In this document: piece by piece, positions 1-5,753 of the stretch
Numbering within the stretch: position 1 is the stretch's first letter
Layout of the letters: every line of letters starts with the position of its first letter
NCBI GenBank assembly: GCA_964474885.1
Contig: CAYYWO010000001.1
Location: 166,822-178,623 of the forward strand
DNA from: Candidatus Hadarchaeota archaeon
Lineage (GTDB): Archaea > Hadarchaeota > Hadarchaeia > Hadarchaeales > JAWBSP01
Length of the DNA stretch: 11,802 nucleotides
Direction of reading: 5' to 3'
Notes under the pieces: model-generated
What the model saw: the letters and a program-made list of their open reading frames with translations, nothing else
Databases searched by the model: none
What the model was told of the DNA's origin: nothing
Position numbers and translations under genes: made by a program

Positions 1-135
1 CTTCAAGTCCTCCAGTTAGAGCACCTGTTCTTGAAACCCTTTCGGTTCCTACTGTTCCGCAACGCTTCGCACTTCAGCACTAGGCTCCGGCAGAGCACGT
101 TAAAGCCCCCAAACCACCGAACTGCCACAGTCCTG

Positions 136-160
136 TGTCTGCTTACTATGGTAACAGACA
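136..160. repeat. Imperfect palindrome TGTCTG-c-TTAC-TATG-GTAA-CAGACA immediately downstream of nrdG; 143-160 matches 9199-9216 at 17/18 nt
   Basis: Seen directly: TGTCTG (136-141) pairs with CAGACA (155-160) and TTAC (143-146) with GTAA (151-154). It lies 2 nt beyond the nrdG stop. It could be a 3' hairpin, a protein-binding site or both. Confidence 0.75.
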
Positions 161-162
161 GC

Positions 163-906
163 TTAGTAGATGCTTTCGAAGCCAGTTTCTTTGGTGAAGA
201 TCCTGACCTCGGGGAGATACTTCTTGACGAGTCTCCCCAGCTCGATGAGCTTTTCTCTCGGGGGCGGCTTTATCTTCTCGAACGAGGGATCCAGGGTTCT
301 CAAGTTCCTGAACTGCTGTAGACAGATGCTCCTGGCGAGTCCCTGGATGTCCCTGGCCAGCCTCTCGATGACCTCAGGCGAATCGTTGAGGGTCGGGACT
401 ACGGTTGTCCTCACGTCAAACTGGCACCCGCTCCCAGCGAGGATCTCCAAGGATTCCGAAACCCGCGAGGTAATCCCCGTGTCGCTCGTCCCTGCCACCC
501 TCTGGTAGAGAAGCGGATCGCTCAAGGGGGCTTTGATGTCCATCGCCACGAAGTCTAAGTAGGGGAGGAGCTTCCGCAGCTCCTCCGGGAAGGTCCCGTT
601 GGTTTCCATCCCTACTTTCATCCCGAGCTGGCGGCAGGTCTTGGCGAGCTGGAGGCATGCTCCCCCCTGGAGCAGGGGCTCGCCGCCCGTCAGCATGACA
701 GAGTCGACGATGGGCTTGAGCCTCACAACTCTGTCGCACAGATCCTCCACCGTGGCCTCCTTTCCGCCAGCAGGCTCAATGCAGGACACGTTCTGGCACC
801 AGGGGCACCTGAGGTTGCAACCTTGGAGGAAGACCAAGCAGCAGGGGTTATGCGGCCAGTCGCAGGTCGAGATCTCCAGTATGCCCTGGAACCTCACCTT
901 ATGCAT
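163..906 (-). CDS. nrdG: Anaerobic ribonucleoside-triphosphate reductase activating protein (radical SAM)
   Basis: 247 aa; radical-SAM CxxxCxxC (GCNLRCPWCQN), TGGEP, ETNG, MDIK and RTTVVP motifs; overlaps the nrdD 3' end by 8 nt. Confidence 0.93.
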   Translation of the reverse strand: MHKVRFQGILEISTCDWPHNPCCLVFLQGCNLRCPWCQNVSCIEPAGGKEATVEDLCDRVVRLKPIVDSVMLTGGEPLLQGGACLQLAKTCRQLGMKVGMETNGTFPEELRKLLPYLDFVAMDIKAPLSDPLLYQRVAGTSDTGITSRVSESLEILAGSGCQFDVRTTVVPTLNDSPEVIERLARDIQGLARSICLQQFRNLRTLDPSFEKIKPPPREKLIELGRLVKKYLPEVRIFTKETGFESIY

Positions 907-2779
907 GTATTTCCGGAGCGTACGTCCTCCTCTCCCTGAACTCCTCCTGTTTGCCCACGTGCCAGTTCTGGACGGGCCTGTAATACCCTACGATCCTAGA
1001 GTAAACCTCACAGCGCTTCCCACAGAGAGGGCAGTTCCAGTGCTCCCCGCTCAGGTACCCGTGGTCGGGGCAGATGGAGAAAGTGGGTGTCAGGGTGTAA
1101 TACGGGATCCTGAAGTTTTCGGCTATGCGCCTGACGAGTAGCTTGGCGGCCTGGGGATCAGGCATGGCCTCTCCTAGGAAAACGTGGAAGACCGTCCCCC
1201 CGTTGTACAGGACTTGCAGGTCCTCTTGGTGCCTCAGGGCCTCGACCAGGTTCGAGGTGTACCCAACGGGGAGCCAGGTAGAGTTCGTGTAGTAGGGCAC
1301 TTTCTCTCCCGCAGTCTTTATGTCAGGATACCTCTCCTTGTCAAGCCTCGCCAGACGGTAGCTCGTCCCCTCTGCCGGGGTCGCCTCCAAGTTGTACAGG
1401 TTTCCCGTCTCCTCCTGGAACTCTTTTATCCTTTTCCTCATGTGCTCCAGCACTCTGATCGCGAATTCCCTCCCCTCCCTAGTCTCTATTCCCTGTCCCA
1501 GAAAGTTCAGGCATGCCTCGTGCATGCCTACGAGTCCTATGGTCGAGAAGTGCCAGCGGAGGGTACCCAAATACCTGACGGTGAAGGGCAGCATGCCTGC
1601 TTTCATGAGCCTCTCGACCCAGCTTCTCTTTATTTCCAAGCTCTGCTTGGCAAGCTCCAGCAGGTCATCCAAGCGCTCGAAGAATTGGGTCTCGTCCTTC
1701 GAGAGGTATCCGATCCTGGGCATATTGATAGTCACTACGCCTATGCTCCCCGTCTTGTCTGCATAGCCGAAGAAACCGTACCTGCGGTAGAGCTCATCCA
1801 GCCTCAGCTGGAGCCTGCAGCACATCGCCCGGATCTCCCGCGGATCCAGCCCTCCCTTGATGCAGTTCTGGAAGTAGAAGGAGCCGAACTTGGCCGAGAC
1901 CTTGAAGAGGAGATCCGAGACCTCCGAGTCCCAGGGGAAATCGGGCGTTATGTTGACGGTGGGGATGGGGAAGGTGAAGACCCTCCCCTTGGCATCCCCC
2001 TGCAGTAGCACTTCTAGGAAGGCCTTGTTGAAGAGGTCGATCTCAGGCTGGTAGTCGGCATATGTCTCGTCCAGCTGCTTTCCTCCCACTATGACTGGCT
2101 CCTCCTTCAGATCCTCGGGGACCATGGTCTCCAGCGTCACGTTCGTGAAAGGAGTCTGCCCACCCCACCTGGAGCTTATGTTCAGGTTGTATACAAATTC
2201 CTGGATCCTCTGCTTGACCTCCTTGAACTCTAGCCCGTCCTTCCGAATGAAGGGGGCTAGGAGCACATCGATAGAGTTGACCGCCTGGGCCCCTGCCCAC
2301 TCGTTCTGCACCGAGCCCAGGAAGTTCGAGATCTGCAACAGTGCGGAGGAGAAGTGGCGTGGAGGGGAGGACTCCGTTCGGGCGGGGACGCCCCCAAACC
2401 CCTGAAAGAGTATGTCCCTGATGGACCAACCCGCGCAGTAGCCCACTATCCCCCAGCCTATGTTGTGGATGTGGAGGTCCCCGCTCAGGTGCGCCCTCGA
2501 GATCTCCGGAGGGTAAACTCTCTTCAGCACGAAGTCCGCTATCACCTCCGTGGCCCCCTGCAGGAAGAGGGAGGAGAAGGAGAAGGGGACGTTCGCGTTC
2601 TCCCTCACCTTCCAGTCTCTCTGCTCTATGTACTTCTCCACGAACCGGGCGGGATCGAAAGCCCTCTCCTTGGGCGCCTTTCTGGTGGAGACCTTCCACC
2701 TGCATTTGGGGCATGTCGCGTAATGTGCCTGCCCACGGTACTCCCAGGTGTACCCACAATGTTTGCATGTGAGCCTCAT
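899..2779 (-). CDS. nrdD: Class III (anaerobic) ribonucleoside-triphosphate reductase, NrdD2-like, with an N-terminal zinc ribbon and no ATP-cone
   Basis: 626 aa; DWKVRENAN, GDLHIH, YCAGWS, FTFPIPT, MCCRL finger loop, YNLEATPAE, C-terminal Zn site CPDH...CPLC and glycyl-radical motif YSRIVGYYRP; adjacent to nrdG. Confidence 0.96.
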   Translation of the reverse strand: MRLTCKHCGYTWEYRGQAHYATCPKCRWKVSTRKAPKERAFDPARFVEKYIEQRDWKVRENANVPFSFSSLFLQGATEVIADFVLKRVYPPEISRAHLSGDLHIHNIGWGIVGYCAGWSIRDILFQGFGGVPARTESSPPRHFSSALLQISNFLGSVQNEWAGAQAVNSIDVLLAPFIRKDGLEFKEVKQRIQEFVYNLNISSRWGGQTPFTNVTLETMVPEDLKEEPVIVGGKQLDETYADYQPEIDLFNKAFLEVLLQGDAKGRVFTFPIPTVNITPDFPWDSEVSDLLFKVSAKFGSFYFQNCIKGGLDPREIRAMCCRLQLRLDELYRRYGFFGYADKTGSIGVVTINMPRIGYLSKDETQFFERLDDLLELAKQSLEIKRSWVERLMKAGMLPFTVRYLGTLRWHFSTIGLVGMHEACLNFLGQGIETREGREFAIRVLEHMRKRIKEFQEETGNLYNLEATPAEGTSYRLARLDKERYPDIKTAGEKVPYYTNSTWLPVGYTSNLVEALRHQEDLQVLYNGGTVFHVFLGEAMPDPQAAKLLVRRIAENFRIPYYTLTPTFSICPDHGYLSGEHWNCPLCGKRCEVYSRIVGYYRPVQNWHVGKQEEFRERRTYAPEIHA

Positions 2780-2840
2780 CTTACCTACCTACCTTCCGTC
2801 TAAAAACGAGAATTGATAGGTTGTGCAGATTTTTTATTGG
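2780..2840. promoter_or_regulatory. Divergent nrdD / nre promoter region
   Basis: 61-nt AT-rich gap between head-to-head genes. Minus strand has TTTTTA (2806-2801) 22-27 nt before the nrdD ATG and a purine-rich GGAAGGTAGGTAGGTAAG (TACC x3 at 2782-2793) just before it. Exact elements are uncertain. Confidence 0.5.
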
Positions 2841-4061
2841 ATGTTGAAATCAGACCCCCAGCTTTGTGCCAAGTGCAAGGGCTACAGGCTCCTGTGCGGG
2901 CGGCCCCACTGCCCGATCCTCAGGAAGTTCGAGCTTCAAACCAAGACTCTCTCCAAGATCTCATCCTCCTTCAAGGGCGCCACACCCCCTGAGACTCTGG
3001 TGGGGAGCAGGGGGTGGCCCGTGGTGAGCCTGGGCCCACTCGTGGCGCCCACCGAGCCTGCGGTCGCCCGGCAGATGGGAGATCCTCCATCCCTGTTCGG
3101 CAGGGGCCTAGAGGAGGTGATAGAGCTGAGGACCCAGCTGGTTAGGTGCTCGATCAGGCTGGACGTGCGCAAGGCACGCGAGCCCCATCCGGTGCTCGAC
3201 CGACTCAGGGAGGCTGCTCTCTCGACCTCTGCTCTTAGGCTGGAGGTTCAACTGGAGAAGGTTCCTAAGCCAAGGCCTAGGTTCGACGGGTATTTGGCAC
3301 CGACGGGCCCCCTAGCCAAACTGAGAGATCTCCGGGTAGCCGAGAACCCCAGCGTCCCTAGAAAGGTGGAGAACTTGATCGGGGACTGGGATGTGAGGGC
3401 TGAGGAGGCAGTTTCGGAGCTTTACAAGGCCGGCCAGTCCGTTTACTACATATCCAGGCTCCTCTCTTTGGGCCTGCTCGGCAGGAAGAGGGAGAGGCTG
3501 ATAGTCCCCTCCCGCTGGTCCACAACGGCCGTCGATTCGATGGTCTCCAAGCGTTTGGCCCTCGAGATCGCGCATTGGACAGAAATAAACGAATTCGAGG
3601 TCTTCACGACCGAGTACGTCGGCAACAGGTACGCTATCCTCTTCGCGCCGCTTCCGATGGGCTTCGAGATGGTGGAGGTGGTCCAGCCAGGCTGCGTTTA
3701 CATGCCTAGAGCCTCCAAGCCTTGGGTGGGCTCGGATGCAGAGGGCTGGAAGCCCAGGACAAGTTATCCGGAGATAGGTGGGGGCTACTACGCCGCAAAA
3801 CTCCCCGCCTACGAGTACATGTTCAGGAGACACAGAAAGGCATTTGTTTTGGTCGTGAGGGAGGTGACCCCCGCTTACTGGGCTCCCGTCGGTAGCTGGA
3901 AGATAAGGGAGGCGCTCAGGGATGCCTTCACCAAGCCTCCGGCCCGCTTCTCTGATTTCCGCGAGGCACTGGCGCACATGTCCAAGTTCATCCCCATGGA
4001 TCTTTGGTTTTCGAGTGCTAGGAGACTTAACTGGTTGCTCAGGCAGGAGAGACTGAGCTGA
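2841..4061 (+). CDS. nre: Nre-family archaeal DNA repair protein (NreA/NreB-like)
   Basis: N-terminal LCAKCKGYRLLCGRPHCP Cys cluster, G-x-TPP-x-x-x-VG-x-x-GWP-x-V-x-x-GP, LSLGLLG..RER-LIVPSRWS-x-TAVD, GGGYYAAKL, REVTPAYWAPVG-x-W-x-IRE and C-terminal QxxL. ATG 2841 is preferred to GTG 2823. Confidence 0.85.
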   Translation: MLKSDPQLCAKCKGYRLLCGRPHCPILRKFELQTKTLSKISSSFKGATPPETLVGSRGWPVVSLGPLVAPTEPAVARQMGDPPSLFGRGLEEVIELRTQLVRCSIRLDVRKAREPHPVLDRLREAALSTSALRLEVQLEKVPKPRPRFDGYLAPTGPLAKLRDLRVAENPSVPRKVENLIGDWDVRAEEAVSELYKAGQSVYYISRLLSLGLLGRKRERLIVPSRWSTTAVDSMVSKRLALEIAHWTEINEFEVFTTEYVGNRYAILFAPLPMGFEMVEVVQPGCVYMPRASKPWVGSDAEGWKPRTSYPEIGGGYYAAKLPAYEYMFRRHRKAFVLVVREVTPAYWAPVGSWKIREALRDAFTKPPARFSDFREALAHMSKFIPMDLWFSSARRLNWLLRQERLS

Positions 4062-4227
4062 GTGTCGATAACGGATGGACCAAGGTTATGTCAAGCCTCC
4101 CAAAAGAGCAGTATCTTGTTCCGGACTATTAAAAAGAATCGTGAGGATATCCTTTTTTCGTTCTTGAGGATCTGCAATCGGGAGCCTATAAAGCTCTTTG
4201 CCTATTAAGTGGGCGTAGTCGTTTGGA

Positions 4228-5334
4228 ATGTATGGCAAGTTGGGGGTAGACGTAAGAAAGAGGGGCGTGGAGCTCTTCAAACTTGCCTCTCATTTTCCAG
4301 ATACTTTCTGCCCCGTGCTGAGACTCTCGGAGGAGGAGGGTTTCGTCCTGCACGCGGACGGCATCGGTAGCAAGCCCGTCCAGGCCTACCTGCAGTGGAA
4401 GGAGACGGGAGAGACGAAGTGGTTCGACCTGACGCAAGATTTGCTGGCAATGAACCTAGACGATGCGGTTTGCACAGGGGCGGACAGGTACTGGCTGGTG
4501 GATTACCTCTCACTTAATCCAGGCTTGGTGCCGAAGAAGGAACTGCTAAGGCGGCTGGCTTGCGGCTTCCGTACATGTGAGCGGATGCTAGAAAAGCATG
4601 GGGTCAGTTTCAAATTGGTGGGGGGAGAAACCGCGGATCTCCCGGATCAGCTGAAGACTTTTGACCTAGCAGGTGTGGTTTTCGCGCTCGTCCGACTGAG
4701 AAAGCTAGTTCGCAGCAAGCCCAGGCCCGGAGATGTGGTAGTCGGACTCAGGAGCGGAGGGAGGTGTAGCTATGAACGAAGGGAGAATAGTGGCATCATG
4801 TGCAATGGGATCACGTTAGCCAGGCACTGCTTGCTGAGGCAACAGTATGCTAGGAAGTATCCGGAGGTGGCGGACGGGAGGTACACAGGTAGGTTCAGGG
4901 TAGACGAGTATGTGGATGAGCTAGGCATGGAGGTGGGAGAGGCCATCCTTTCCCCGAGCCGGATCTATACGCCTGTTATACTTAGGTTGCTGGAGAGGTG
5001 CGGTGAGGGGATCTCCGGTCTCGTTCACAACACGGGAGGGGGGCTGACCAAGTGCCTCAGGGTTTGTGGCCTGAGAGTGATCAAGGATTCCTTACCCGAG
5101 CCCGATCCCATCTTCAGACTGATCCAGAGGGAGGGAAGGGTAACCTGGGAGGAGATGTATCAGGTCTTCAACATGGGCGTGGGCTTTGAGGTGTACGTCC
5201 CCCCCCAGGCGAGTGAGGAGGTGATCTCGGAGTGCGAGCGGTTCGGGATTGGGGCGCAGGTGATCGGGAGGTGCGAGGCGGGGAGGAGGGAGCTTGTCAT
5301 AAAAACGGAGTTCGGAAAGTTCAGATACCGATGA
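4228..5334 (+). CDS. purM: Phosphoribosylformylglycinamidine cyclo-ligase (AIR synthetase)
   Basis: Y-x-x-x-GVD, HADGIGSK, AMNLDD-x-x-C-x-GA, GGETADLP, CNG-x-TLAR, HNTGGG and FNMGVG motifs; pur context. Confidence 0.92.
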   Translation: MYGKLGVDVRKRGVELFKLASHFPDTFCPVLRLSEEEGFVLHADGIGSKPVQAYLQWKETGETKWFDLTQDLLAMNLDDAVCTGADRYWLVDYLSLNPGLVPKKELLRRLACGFRTCERMLEKHGVSFKLVGGETADLPDQLKTFDLAGVVFALVRLRKLVRSKPRPGDVVVGLRSGGRCSYERRENSGIMCNGITLARHCLLRQQYARKYPEVADGRYTGRFRVDEYVDELGMEVGEAILSPSRIYTPVILRLLERCGEGISGLVHNTGGGLTKCLRVCGLRVIKDSLPEPDPIFRLIQREGRVTWEEMYQVFNMGVGFEVYVPPQASEEVISECERFGIGAQVIGRCEAGRRELVIKTEFGKFRYR

Positions 5335-5579
5335 GGTTCAGAGTCAGGGTTGAGGTGAGACTGAAAAAGGGTTACTTGGATCCGGAGGGCATGACCGTCA
5401 AGCGCGCCCTCAGAGATCTCGGCTACAGGGTTGGTGAGAGCAGGACGGCGAAGATCTATGAGTTCGAGCTTGAGGCGGAGTCCGAAAAAGATGCTCACAA
5501 AAAAGTGAGCGAGATCTGCAAGCGCCTGTTATCGAATCCCATAAAGGACGACTACAGGTTTGAAATCAGGCCGTGCTAG
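5331..5579 (+). CDS. purS: FGAM synthase subunit PurS
   Basis: 82 aa from ATG 5331 (ATGA overlap with the purM stop): VEVRLKKGYLDPEG-x-TV-x-x-AL-x-x-LGY ... CKRLLSNP. The ORF-track start at 5232 is an upstream extension. Confidence 0.94.
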   Translation: MRFRVRVEVRLKKGYLDPEGMTVKRALRDLGYRVGESRTAKIYEFELEAESEKDAHKKVSEICKRLLSNPIKDDYRFEIRPC

Positions 5580-5721
5580 CACCTGTGAGCGGGGACAGGC
5601 ATCTTTTCGCACCTGGGCACCTCGTTATCTTCGGATCTTTTACATTTCTCCCTGCACTCACTTCGGCATCGTAACTCGGGGGGCCTAAGTTCGTTTTTCG
5701 GTTTTTCCTAGTCGCAAGACA

Positions 5722-5733
5722 GCCGAATTATAT
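5722..5733 (+). promoter_or_regulatory. Putative BRE/TATA for purL-purQ (leaderless-type spacing)
   Basis: GCCGAA-TTATAT with TTATAT at 5728-5733, 21-26 nt upstream of ATG 5754. Confidence 0.45.
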
Positions 5734-5753
5734 CCGGCAACGAGTTTTGAAGG

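Noticed and set aside
33-50. Archaeal SECIS-like hairpin (minus strand GGAACCGAAAGGGTTTC)
   Set aside because: nrdD and nrdG have no in-frame UGA, and the GAA/A internal-loop geometry is not met.
31-2803. Long alternative ORFs over nrdG/nrdD (31..321, 599..1141, 1184..2008, 2043..2768, 2354..2803)
   Set aside because: Antisense or frame-shifted shadows of well-supported genes in GC-rich DNA; no recognisable motifs.
4086-4437. Short minus-strand ORFs 4086..4280 and 4186..4437
   Set aside because: They overlap the purM start in antisense and show no recognisable features.
5199-5206. C8 homopolymer in purM as a phase-variation or frameshift site
   Set aside because: The frame is intact and encodes V-P-P-Q; it is a housekeeping gene with no other support.
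5232-5330. 115-aa version of PurS
   Set aside because: It overlaps purM by about 100 nt; PurS similarity starts at ATG 5331, which has a typical ATGA coupling.
5580-5620. ZMP/ZTP or PRPP (ykkC-type) riboswitch resemblance (CACCTGGGC, CACCTGTGAGC)
   Set aside because: The partner conserved elements (GACUGGCG pseudoknot strand; AGGGUUCC core) are absent.
5576-5706. Cys-rich minus-strand reading (…RCRSECREKCKR…RCEKMPVPAHRC)
   Set aside because: Bounded upstream by an in-frame TAG, with no start codon before the Cys-rich part.
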